Position numbers and translations under genes: made by a program. A stretch of 64,000 bases of DNA from Escherichia coli (GTDB lineage: Bacteria; Pseudomonadota; Gammaproteobacteria; Enterobacterales; Enterobacteriaceae): NCBI RefSeq assembly GCF_003790525.1, contig NZ_CP033635.1; one strand, written 5' to 3'. The notes beneath the pieces were generated by a model, which did not search any database, was not told the DNA's origin, and saw only the letters and a list, made by a program, of their open reading frames with translations. Shown in pieces: positions 33,979-43,652 of the stretch (position 1 is its first letter; the number at the start of each line of letters is the position of its first letter).

Positions 33979-34482
33979 ATGACTGAAATGGCTAAAGGAA
34001 GCGTGACGCATCAGCGGTTAATCGCTTTATTATCGCAAGAAGGTGCTAACTTCCGCGTCGTTACCCATGAAGCGGTAGGTAAATGTGAAGCGGTGTCAGA
34101 AATTCGTGGCACCGCTTTAGGCCAGGGGGCTAAGGCACTGGTATGTAAAGTCAAAGGCAATGGCGTAAATCAACATGTTCTGGCGATCCTCGCTGCCGAT
34201 CAACAGGCCGATCTGAGCCAACTCGCCAGCCATATAGGCGGATTACGCGCTTCGTTGGCCAGCCCAGCGGAAGTCGATGAACTCACAGGCTGTGTCTTCG
34301 GCGCGATCCCCCCTTTCAGCTTCCATCCAAAACTCAAACTGGTTGCCGACCCCCTACTCTTCGAACGATTTGATGAAATCGCCTTCAATGCAGGCATGCT
34401 GGATAAATCCGTTATTTTGAAAACCGCGGATTATTTGCGTATTGCGCAACCAGAACTGGTCAATTTCCGCCGCACTGCGTAA
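33979..34482 (+). CDS. yeaK: YbaK/ProX-type aminoacyl-tRNA deacylase
   Basis: 167 aa. Confidence 0.85.
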   Translation: MTEMAKGSVTHQRLIALLSQEGANFRVVTHEAVGKCEAVSEIRGTALGQGAKALVCKVKGNGVNQHVLAILAADQQADLSQLASHIGGLRASLASPAEVDELTGCVFGAIPPFSFHPKLKLVADPLLFERFDEIAFNAGMLDKSVILKTADYLRIAQPELVNFRRTA

Positions 34483-34587
34483 CTAGCCTGTCCGTTCAAT
34501 AAGCAGAACGGACAAAACCAGCACAGCAGCAATGGCAAAAAACGATGACGTGATAATCAGTGTCTCGACGAACATTTGATCGTTCAT
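34483..34587 (-). CDS. yoaI: small membrane protein (34 aa)
   Basis: Read by hand on the minus strand: [34 protein letters not shown]; below the ORF-track size cutoff; stop abuts the yeaK stop. Confidence 0.6.
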
Positions 34588-34756
34588 AGTATGCCCCCGG
34601 GAGATAGCTGTTTTCACGTTATTGTTAACGTACACAAATGGCAGTTTGATGACAGTTCGTCTGATTTTTTATGCAAAAAACGTAAAGATTTTCTACTTCC
34701 TGCCTGCAGCAAGCGTAAAGTAAGCAGGCTTATTATTTTTTGGCAAGGAAACCACG

Positions 34757-35203
34757 ATGTTTGATGTCACTTTGCTGATCCTGCTCGGGTTAGCTGCGCT
34801 GGGCTTTATCAGTCATAACACCACTGTCGCCGTTTCAATTCTGGTGTTGATCATTGTCCGCGTCACACCGTTAAGCACCTTTTTCCCGTGGATTGAAAAA
34901 CAGGGGCTAAGTATCGGGATAATCATTCTGACGATTGGCGTTATGGCTCCCATCGCCAGCGGGACGCTACCGCCCTCAACCCTGATTCACTCATTTCTGA
35001 ACTGGAAATCGCTGGTGGCAATTGCAGTCGGCGTTATTGTCTCCTGGCTGGGGGGGCGCGGCGTGACGTTAATGGGCAGCCAGCCGCAACTGGTCGCCGG
35101 GCTGCTGGTGGGCACTGTTTTAGGCGTGGCGCTGTTTCGCGGCGTACCGGTTGGCCCGCTTATTGCCGCGGGTCTGGTTTCGCTGATTGTGGGGAAACAG
35201 TAG
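34757..35203 (+). CDS. yeaL: UPF0756 inner membrane protein
   Basis: 148 aa, four predicted helices. Confidence 0.85.
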
Positions 35204-35981
35204 TTAATCCCGCAATATATCGGCCTGGCGTTTGCCCCAGGCCTTTCTTAAACATAGTAATAAAGGCCGTTGTTGAATCATACCCCAGCGTATGAGCAAC
35301 TTTCTGTACAGTATCGCCTTTCACTAATCCCTGAAGCGCCATAATCAGCTGTAACTGCTGACGCCACTGGCGAAAACTCAACCCCGTCTCTTTCACTATC
35401 AGCCGGGCAAGATTGCGTTCACTCATCGCAAAAAAGCCAGCCCATTGCCCCAATGAGCCCCACTCGACGGGCTCTTTCGCCATCATCTCCACCATCGTGC
35501 GGATTTTAGGATGAGAAGAAACGGGCAGGTGCAGCTGTTGTTGTGGCTGCTGAGGGAGTTCATCAAACAGGACCTGAATTAATCTGCGGGTCATCGGCTC
35601 AGCACGCTGAGTCGTCGTCCTGTTTGCCAGGGTTAAAATTAATTCCCGGCATAAGGGCGATATTTTCAATGTGCAACATGTTGTCGGCATTGTCACTGCG
35701 CTGGGCTCGATAAACAGAAAACAGAGTTCAGCGTTAGCTGTCACTTGATTGCTATGTTTCACCCCGCCCGGTATCCAAACCGCATATTGTGGCGGCACCA
35801 TCCACAAAGCATTTTCCACCGTACAGGTAATTGCACCATGTAGCGCCAGTATCAACTGCCCTTTGCGGTGCTGATGTACAGGACTGGTTAACTCATCCGT
35901 TCCGGCGTGAATACAAAATGCGACCGCGGCCTCATGGTGTCGGTCGGGTTCATAGCCATTGAGATTCAACCTGTGCATCAT
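35160..35981 (-). CDS. yeaM: AraC-family transcriptional regulator
   Basis: 273 aa; cupin-like N-terminus and C-terminal AraC HTH; 3' end overlaps yeaL by 44 bp. Confidence 0.85.
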
Positions 35982-36077
35982 TTTGTCCGAATTTAGCGAT
36001 AATTTGTCATTTTAGCTTGATTCAACATAACAATAAAAACGGTAAGGTACAGCCTCGTTTGTAACAATGAGAAGCAT

Positions 36078-37259
36078 ATGACCTGTTCAACTTCATTAAG
36101 CGGCAAAAACAGGATTGTCCTTATCGCTGGTATTCTGATGATTGCCACAACATTACGCGTCACCTTTACCGGCGCAGCACCGTTACTGGATACGATTCGT
36201 TCCGCTTACTCGCTGACGACAGCGCAAACCGGCTTATTGACCACCCTGCCATTATTGGCCTTTGCGCTAATCTCACCTTTGGCCGCCCCGGTGGCGCGAC
36301 GTTTTGGTATGGAACGTAGCCTGTTTGCCGCGTTACTTTTGATCTGTGCAGGTATCGCAATTCGCTCTCTCCCTTCGCCTTACTTATTATTTGGCGGTAC
36401 AGCGGTCATTGGCGGTGGGATTGCATTAGGTAATGTCTTACTGCCAGGATTAATTAAACGCGATTTCCCTCATTCCGTCGCCAGACTTACCGGCGCATAT
36501 TCCCTGACAATGGGAGCTGCGGCGGCACTGGGATCGGCTATGGTAGTGCCGCTGGCTTTGAACGGTTTTGGCTGGCGAGGCGCGTTGCTCATGCTGATGT
36601 GTTTTCCTCTGCTGGCTCTTTTTTTATGGCTGCCACAGTGGCGAAGTCAACAACATGCAAATTTGAGTACCTCACGCGCCTTACATACTCGGGGTATCTG
36701 GCGTTCGCCGCTTGCCTGGCAGGTAACATTGTTTCTTGGGATCAACTCACTCGTCTATTACGTGATTATTGGCTGGCTTCCGGCGATCCTCATCAGTCAC
36801 GGCTATAGCGAAGCACAGGCGGGTTCACTGCATGGTTTGCTGCAACTAGCCACAGCAGCTCCCGGTTTGCTGATCCCACTTTTCTTACATCATGTGAAAG
36901 ATCAGCGTGGTATTGCAGCGTTCGTTGCCTTGATGTGCGCAGTGGGCGCGGTTGGGCTCTGCTTTATGCCAGCACACGCGATCACCTGGACTCTGCTTTT
37001 CGGTTTTGGTTCCGGCGCAACAATGATACTGGGGTTGACGTTCATTGGTCTGCGGGCAAGTTCTGCGCATCAGGCGGCGGCACTCTCGGGGATGGCACAA
37101 TCCGTCGGGTATTTGCTGGCAGCCTGTGGGCCGCCGCTGATGGGTAAAATACACGATGCTAACGGTGACTGGTCCGTACCACTGATGGGTGTTGCAATAC
37201 TTTCACTACTGATGGCGATTTTCGGACTTTGCGCCGGGAGAGACAAAGAAATTCGCTAA
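36078..37259 (+). CDS. yeaN: MFS transporter (cyanate-permease-like efflux protein)
   Basis: 393 aa, 12 predicted helices. Confidence 0.85.
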   Translation: MTCSTSLSGKNRIVLIAGILMIATTLRVTFTGAAPLLDTIRSAYSLTTAQTGLLTTLPLLAFALISPLAAPVARRFGMERSLFAALLLICAGIAIRSLPSPYLLFGGTAVIGGGIALGNVLLPGLIKRDFPHSVARLTGAYSLTMGAAAALGSAMVVPLALNGFGWRGALLMLMCFPLLALFLWLPQWRSQQHANLSTSRALHTRGIWRSPLAWQVTLFLGINSLVYYVIIGWLPAILISHGYSEAQAGSLHGLLQLATAAPGLLIPLFLHHVKDQRGIAAFVALMCAVGAVGLCFMPAHAITWTLLFGFGSGATMILGLTFIGLRASSAHQAAALSGMAQSVGYLLAACGPPLMGKIHDANGDWSVPLMGVAILSLLMAIFGLCAGRDKEIR

Positions 37260-37313
37260 TATCCGGTGCTATAGTGACGTGACAAATCATGCGTGAAAGG
37301 GAGAACAAACACG

Positions 37314-37661
37314 ATGAATATTCAGTGCAAACGCGTTTATGATCCGGCTGAACAGAGCGATGGTTATCGCGTACTGGTCGACCGCCTCTGGCCGCGCGGT
37401 ATCAAAAAAACCGATTTAGCCCTTGATGAGTGGGATAAAGAAATCACGCCGTCAACGGAACTGCGCAAAGCCTTTCACGGCGAAGTCGTCGATTTTGCAA
37501 CCTTTCGCGAGCAATATCTTGCAGAACTGGCGCAACACGAGCAAGAAGGAAAGCGGCTGGCAAACATCGCCAAAAAACAGCCGCTGACCCTGCTCTACTC
37601 AGCAAAAAACACCACGCAGAACCATGCGCTGGTGCTGGCCGACTGGCTACGTAGCTTATGA
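37314..37661 (+). CDS. yeaO: DUF488 family protein
   Basis: 115 aa from MNIQCKRVYDP. Confidence 0.82.
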   Translation: MNIQCKRVYDPAEQSDGYRVLVDRLWPRGIKKTDLALDEWDKEITPSTELRKAFHGEVVDFATFREQYLAELAQHEQEGKRLANIAKKQPLTLLYSAKNTTQNHALVLADWLRSL

Positions 37662-37682
37662 TTTTAGTACAGCATCCGGCGG

Positions 37683-37937
37683 TTATTTTTCACCAGCCGG
37701 ATGATCCCGTCGCCACAATGCCCATTCATCAATCGTTTCACCGCCCGGTAATTTGCAATTGTTGCTGACCCCTTGCGCTGTCTGCACTGGAATGAGCGTC
37801 CCGCCCTTCTGCTGGCAATAGACCGACGCCGGATTTGCCATACCAATCTGCGGCGGTTTAGGTGCTTCTGGCTGAGAAGAGGTTGAACAACCAGCCAGAA
37901 CCAGCAAGCAAGGCAGAACAAAACTGATAATTTTCAT
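37683..37937 (-). CDS. yoaF: DUF333 lipoprotein
   Basis: 84 aa; lipobox LAGC at the signal peptide end. Confidence 0.82.
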   Translation of the reverse strand: MKIISFVLPCLLVLAGCSTSSQPEAPKPPQIGMANPASVYCQQKGGTLIPVQTAQGVSNNCKLPGGETIDEWALWRRDHPAGEK

Positions 37938-38119
37938 TTATTGATCTCACATATTTATCCAGGCTTAGAGTATCGCGGTATCGTTTTGTTTTGCAGCACT
38001 ATTTTTATTACATTCACTCAAATCATATTACGCCTTGTTTCATCTTTGTTGATGATGTTTTATCATGCCTGCAAAGATTAAATAATCAGCATTTACCCGC
38101 CGTATCCTGGAGTTGTTTC

Positions 38120-39145
38120 GTGTCAGATCAGATTATCGCCCGCGTCTCGCAATCCCTTGCCAAAGAACAGTCACTGGAAAGCCTGGTCCGACAGCTTCTG
38201 GAGATGCTGGAAATGGTCACTGATATGGAATCAACCTACCTGACCAAAGTGGATGTCGAAGCGCGCCTGCAGCATATAATGTTTGCCCGTAACAGCCAGA
38301 AAATGCACATCCCGGAGAATTTTACCGTCTCGTGGGATTATTCGTTATGCAAACGCGCCATTGATGAAAACTGCTTTTTCAGCGATGAAGTCCCCGACCG
38401 TTGGGGCGACTGTATTGCGGCACGCAATCTTGGCATCACCACATTTCTGAGCACGCCAATTCACTTACCGGATGGATCATTCTATGGCACGCTTTGCGCC
38501 GCCAGCAGTGAGAAGCGCCAGTGGAGTGAACGCGCGGAACAGGTTTTGCAGTTATTCGCCGGACTGATTGCACAATATATTCAAAAAGAGGCGCTGGTAG
38601 AACAGCTGCGCGAAGCCAATGCCGCACTGATAGCGCAATCGTATACCGACTCGTTAACCGGGCTACCGAATCGGCGGGCGATTTTTGAAAATCTGACGAC
38701 GCTGTTTTCTCTCGCCCGGCATCTTAACCATAAGATAATGATCGCGTTTATCGACCTGGATAACTTCAAATTAATCAACGATCGTTTTGGTCATAATAGT
38801 GGCGATCTGTTTCTCATTCAGGTTGGCGAGCGCCTTAATACGCTCCAGCAAAATGGCGAAGTTATTGGTCGTCTCGGCGGTGATGAGTTTTTGGTTGTTT
38901 CACTGAACAACGAGAATACGGATATTTCGTCGCTGCGAGAACGTATTCAACAGCAAATACGTGGAGAATATCACTTAGGTGATGTTGATTTGTATTATCC
39001 CGGTGCCAGTCTTGGCATAGTAGAAGTCGATCCTGAAACGACCGATGCAGACAGTGCCCTGCATGCTGCCGATATCGCGATGTATCAGGAGAAAAAACAC
39101 AAACAGAAAACACCTTTTGTCGCGCATCCAGCGCTACATTCCTGA
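38120..39145 (+). CDS. dgcP: GAF-domain diguanylate cyclase
   Basis: 341 aa from GTG (VSDQIIARV) with GGAG 7 nt upstream; canonical RLGGDEF (K-12 yeaP); the ORF-track extension has no support. Confidence 0.85.
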   Translation: MSDQIIARVSQSLAKEQSLESLVRQLLEMLEMVTDMESTYLTKVDVEARLQHIMFARNSQKMHIPENFTVSWDYSLCKRAIDENCFFSDEVPDRWGDCIAARNLGITTFLSTPIHLPDGSFYGTLCAASSEKRQWSERAEQVLQLFAGLIAQYIQKEALVEQLREANAALIAQSYTDSLTGLPNRRAIFENLTTLFSLARHLNHKIMIAFIDLDNFKLINDRFGHNSGDLFLIQVGERLNTLQQNGEVIGRLGGDEFLVVSLNNENTDISSLRERIQQQIRGEYHLGDVDLYYPGASLGIVEVDPETTDADSALHAADIAMYQEKKHKQKTPFVAHPALHS

Positions 39146-39177
39146 GGCGTATTCACATCCTTTTGATTGGTGATAAC

Positions 39178-39276
39178 ATGCGAATCGGTATTATTTTTCC
39201 GGTTGTAATCTTTATTACAGCGGTCGTATTTTTAGCATGGTTTTTTATTGGCGGCTATGCTGCCCCGGGAGCATAA
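39178..39276 (+). CDS. yoaK: small membrane protein (32 aa)
   Basis: Hand translation MRIGIIFPVVIFITAVVFLAWFFIGGYAAPGA; below ORF-track cutoff. Confidence 0.6.
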   Translation: MRIGIIFPVVIFITAVVFLAWFFIGGYAAPGA

Positions 39277-39278
39277 AG

Positions 39279-39353
39279 ATGAAAAAAACAACGATTATTA
39301 TGATGGGTGTGGCGATTATTGTCGTACTCGGCACTGAGCTGGGATGGTGGTAA
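39279..39353 (+). CDS. yoaJ: small membrane protein (24 aa)
   Basis: Hand translation MKKTTIIMMGVAIIVVLGTELGWW, starting 2 nt after the yoaK stop. Confidence 0.55.
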   Translation: MKKTTIIMMGVAIIVVLGTELGWW

Positions 39354-39411
39354 CGTCACATCTAGAAAATAGCAAAGGCTGCCTGTGTGCAGCCTTTGTG
39401 CAATTTACGCG

Positions 39412-39660
39412 TTAACTTTTAATCTTTCTGTAGATAAACAGCACGACAATCGCGCCAATAACGGCAACCACGAAGCTGCCAAAATTGAAGCCATCGACTT
39501 TACCAAAGCCAAACAGCGTGCTGATCCATCCGCCGACTACGGCACCGACTATCCCCAGCAGGATAGTCATAAAGAATCCACCACCATCTTTACCTGGCAT
39601 GATCCACTTCGCCAGAATACCGGCAATAAGCCCAAAAATAATCCATGACAGAATGCCCAT
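39412..39660 (-). CDS. yeaQ: GlsB/YeaQ/YmgE family stress-response membrane protein
   Basis: 82 aa, Gly-rich transmembrane helices. Confidence 0.85.
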   Translation of the reverse strand: MGILSWIIFGLIAGILAKWIMPGKDGGGFFMTILLGIVGAVVGGWISTLFGFGKVDGFNFGSFVVAVIGAIVVLFIYRKIKS

Positions 39661-39807
39661 TGTTTCCTCACTTATCTGTTTTGCATTAGCGGGTTAGTCG
39701 CTGATAAAAAGCATAGCACAACATCGGGAGGGCAAGATTTGTGACGAGCATCACGGAGGATTTTTTTGCGATGGCGCAGAAATTGCGCCATCAACGATCA
39801 GTGATAA

Positions 39808-39990
39808 TTACCAACCACAAACATCATGTTCGTTTTCCGTGTCATAAGAACGCACGGTATTCACCAGATCTTTTATCACTTCAGCCGCCACTTCTGGCAC
39901 CAGCAAAGTCATCGGCGTCTCTGTTTCATAATCGACAGAAACGCCATTGCTGTTATTGGTGACGGTCACGGTATACGTTGCTTTGCCCAT
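39808..39990 (-). CDS. yoaG: DUF1869 family protein
   Basis: 60 aa; directly downstream of yeaR (4-bp gap), same strand. Confidence 0.8.
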   Translation of the reverse strand: MGKATYTVTVTNNSNGVSVDYETETPMTLLVPEVAAEVIKDLVNTVRSYDTENEHDVCGW

Positions 39991-39993
39991 GAT

Positions 39994-40353
39994 TCATTTC
40001 CCGTTATGAATGACTTTCCGTTGTTGCGCACCTTCCATCAGGACTTCAGGGGCAACGAAGAAGTCAATGTTGAAATAAGTATCGTCAGTCATGGCTTCAA
40101 TGTTGTGCCACTTTTCTGGAGGGAACACCGCAAACTGCCCCGCTTCGATAAGGATCACTTGATCAGGCTCTGTACTGTGTTCATCAGCGTAGCCGAGATA
40201 TTTGACCGCCCCATGCATAACGGAAAGGCGTGGGTAAACCCCCGGGCGCGTTCCTTTATCAAGATGACGTTCGAATATTCCGGCAGGCGCAGTTTGTTTA
40301 TTCCAGAAAGGCGTTGAGCGCGTATGAATATAATTCTGTGGGATTTGCAGCAT
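39994..40353 (-). CDS. yeaR: DUF1971 family protein
   Basis: 119 aa. Confidence 0.85.
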   Translation of the reverse strand: MLQIPQNYIHTRSTPFWNKQTAPAGIFERHLDKGTRPGVYPRLSVMHGAVKYLGYADEHSTEPDQVILIEAGQFAVFPPEKWHNIEAMTDDTYFNIDFFVAPEVLMEGAQQRKVIHNGK

Positions 40354-40419
40354 CCTTTTCCCTCCTTCGGTGAATGCGCTGAAAACGGTTTATTTCAGCC
40401 GTTTCAGGGTACGCCTGAT

Positions 40420-40442
40420 AATTTGCATTTTAAATACCATTT
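40420..40442. promoter_or_regulatory. NsrR-like 11-1-11 inverted repeat upstream of yeaR
   Basis: AATTTGCATTT-T-AAATACCATTT resembles the NsrR consensus AAGATGCATTT-N-AAATGCATCTT (9 of 11 and 7 of 11 matches); 67-89 bp upstream of the yeaR start. Confidence 0.35.
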
Positions 40443-40525
40443 ATTGGTTACTATTTAGCACCGTATCAGAGAAAAATCAGGGAGGATTACAGATGGGAAG
40501 CCCGCGACAACGCGGGCTGAAAGCA

Positions 40526-41233
<708 letters not shown>

Positions 41234-41290
41234 TTAGAAAGGAGAAAATCAGGTTTTAACCCGATATCAACGCGATAATTGAATCATTAA

Positions 41291-42214
41291 TCAGGCATGC
41301 TCCAGTGAAAAATTCGGGTAGTGCTCGGCAAAATACTGGCGTAAAAATTCTACCGTTATCCGCACTTTCGCTGACGTCGCCAGCCTTGAAACATAAACGG
41401 CCCAGACGTTCGCTGGCTGGTAATATTCCGGTAGCACTTGCACTAAATGACCACTGGCAATGTTTTCGCTAACATCCCACCAGGAGCGCAGAGCAATCCC
41501 CTGCCCATCGAGACACCACTGATGGACAATTTCTCCATGATTAGACGACAGTGGGCCGGTAACTTTAATCGCATGGTGGCCTTCTTTATTGCGTAATTGC
41601 CAGACACCAAAAGGATGATCGCGCTCTTTAATGACCAGGCACGGCAATGCAGAAAGATCGGTTAAATGTTTCGGCGCGCCATGTTGCGCAATAAATTCCG
41701 GTGACGCGCAGAGAATGCGATAATTGGTCGCCAGTTTGCGGGCGATTAAATTAGGGGCGATATCATCGCCAATGCGAATATCGAGATCGACACCTTCATT
41801 GACCAAATCGACCAACCGGTCTTCCACATCAAAACGTAATTCCAGTTGCGGATACGCCTTCGCCAGCGCTGATAACGCCGGAGCCACCACCTGTCGTCCA
41901 AAACCAAAGCTGCTGATAATACGCAGCATCCCCTGTGGCACCTGACGCACGTCAGAAAGTTCGTCCATCATCTGACCGACATCCTGCAAAATCCGCTGCG
42001 CCCATTCATAAATCCGCTCTCCTTCTTCGGTAATGGTGACGCGGCGGGTGGTGCGGTGTAACAACACCACGTTTAGCGTTTGCTCCAGCAAGGCGATGCG
42101 CTTGCTGACGAACGCCGGAGAAACGCCCAATTCTTCTGCCACGGCGGCAAAACCAGCCCGGCGAGCCACCAGCATAAAGACGCGCAAATCGTTCAGCAGC
42201 GGTAAATTATTCAT
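41291..42214 (-). CDS. dmlR: LysR-family transcriptional regulator
   Basis: 307 aa from MNNLPLLNDLRVF; N-terminal HTH; divergent from dmlA. Confidence 0.88.
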   Translation of the reverse strand: MNNLPLLNDLRVFMLVARRAGFAAVAEELGVSPAFVSKRIALLEQTLNVVLLHRTTRRVTITEEGERIYEWAQRILQDVGQMMDELSDVRQVPQGMLRIISSFGFGRQVVAPALSALAKAYPQLELRFDVEDRLVDLVNEGVDLDIRIGDDIAPNLIARKLATNYRILCASPEFIAQHGAPKHLTDLSALPCLVIKERDHPFGVWQLRNKEGHHAIKVTGPLSSNHGEIVHQWCLDGQGIALRSWWDVSENIASGHLVQVLPEYYQPANVWAVYVSRLATSAKVRITVEFLRQYFAEHYPNFSLEHA

Positions 42215-42316
42215 GATTCGTGTTTTATGTTTCACCAGTTACAGGGATTAATTCCTTTTCAGTCAATTATAGGATGGTGATGTTGTCAATTTTGATGGTC
42301 AGGAAGTGAGAACCCA

Positions 42317-43402
42317 ATGATGAAAACGATCCGTATTGCTGCGATCCCGGGAGACGGGATTGGCAAAGAAGTCCTTCCTGAAGGGATTCGCGTGTTAAAG
42401 GCTGCCGCTGAGCGCTGGGGCTTCGCCTTGAGTTTTGAGCAAATGGAGTGGGCGAGCTGCGAGTATTACAGCCATCACGGTAAAATGATGCCGGACGACT
42501 GGCATGAGCAACTTAGCCGTTTCGACGCCATCTATTTTGGTGCCGTCGGCTGGCCGGATACCGTTCCGGACCATATTTCGTTGTGGGGTTCGCTGCTGAA
42601 ATTTCGTCGTGAGTTCGACCAGTACGTCAACCTGCGCCCGGTTCGTCTCTTTCCTGGCGTTCCCTGCCCGCTGGCGGGAAAACAGCCTGGCGACATCGAT
42701 TTTTACGTGGTCAGGGAAAACACCGAAGGAGAATATTCCTCGCTCGGCGGTAGAGTGAATGAAGGTACAGAGCATGAAGTCGTCATTCAGGAATCGGTAT
42801 TTACGCGTCGTGGTGTCGATCGCATTTTGCGTTATGCCTTTGAACTTGCACAAAGCCGCCCACGTAAGACGCTAACTTCTGCAACTAAATCGAACGGTTT
42901 AGCCATCAGCATGCCGTACTGGGATGAGCGAGTGGAAGCAATGGCCGAGAATTACCCGGAGATCTGCTGGGACAAGCAGCATATTGATATTCTCTGCGCG
43001 CGTTTTGTGATGCAGCCGGAACGCTTCGATGTGGTGGTGGCGTCCAATTTGTTTGGCGATATCCTTTCCGATCTTGGCCCGGCCTGCACCGGCACCATTG
43101 GCATTGCCCCATCCGCCAACCTGAATCCGGAACGCACTTTCCCGTCGCTCTTCGAGCCAGTCCACGGTTCCGCGCCGGATATCTACGGGAAAAACATTGC
43201 TAACCCTATCGCCACAATTTGGGCCGGTGCAATGATGCTCGATTTTCTCGGCAATGGCGATGAGCGTTTCCAGCAAGCGCATAACGGTATTCTGGCCGCG
43301 ATTGAAGAAGTGATTGCTCACGGGCCGAAAACACCTGATATGAAAGGCAATGCCACCACGCCACAGGTTGCCGACGCGATTTGCAAAATTATTTTGCGTT
43401 AA
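42317..43402 (+). CDS. dmlA: D-malate / tartrate dehydrogenase (decarboxylating), isocitrate-isopropylmalate dehydrogenase family
   Basis: 361 aa. Confidence 0.9.
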   Translation: MMKTIRIAAIPGDGIGKEVLPEGIRVLKAAAERWGFALSFEQMEWASCEYYSHHGKMMPDDWHEQLSRFDAIYFGAVGWPDTVPDHISLWGSLLKFRREFDQYVNLRPVRLFPGVPCPLAGKQPGDIDFYVVRENTEGEYSSLGGRVNEGTEHEVVIQESVFTRRGVDRILRYAFELAQSRPRKTLTSATKSNGLAISMPYWDERVEAMAENYPEICWDKQHIDILCARFVMQPERFDVVVASNLFGDILSDLGPACTGTIGIAPSANLNPERTFPSLFEPVHGSAPDIYGKNIANPIATIWAGAMMLDFLGNGDERFQQAHNGILAAIEEVIAHGPKTPDMKGNATTPQVADAICKIILR

Positions 43403-43421
43403 GGTCAAACCAGTTTATTTG

Positions 43422-43448
43422 AACCGCGTCACTGACGCGGTTTTTTTA
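43422..43448 (+). terminator. rho-independent terminator after dmlA
   Basis: Stem CCGCGT / ACGCGG followed by TTTTTTT. Confidence 0.7.
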
Positions 43449-43652
43449 TTCGTTCTTTGCAGTAAATAACCTGCGTCATTTCACCTTTTATTGTTTCCGT
43501 TTCGTGTTTTATGGCTTTCCGTATTCTTAATTGTTTAATTTATGTAACATGCAAATAATCAATTTGTTAATCACGACATACAACTCATTACCCTGCAAAT
43601 AATTACAACTGGCAAAAGCCAGAGACGGGCTTTTATGCCCAGGAGATGACTC

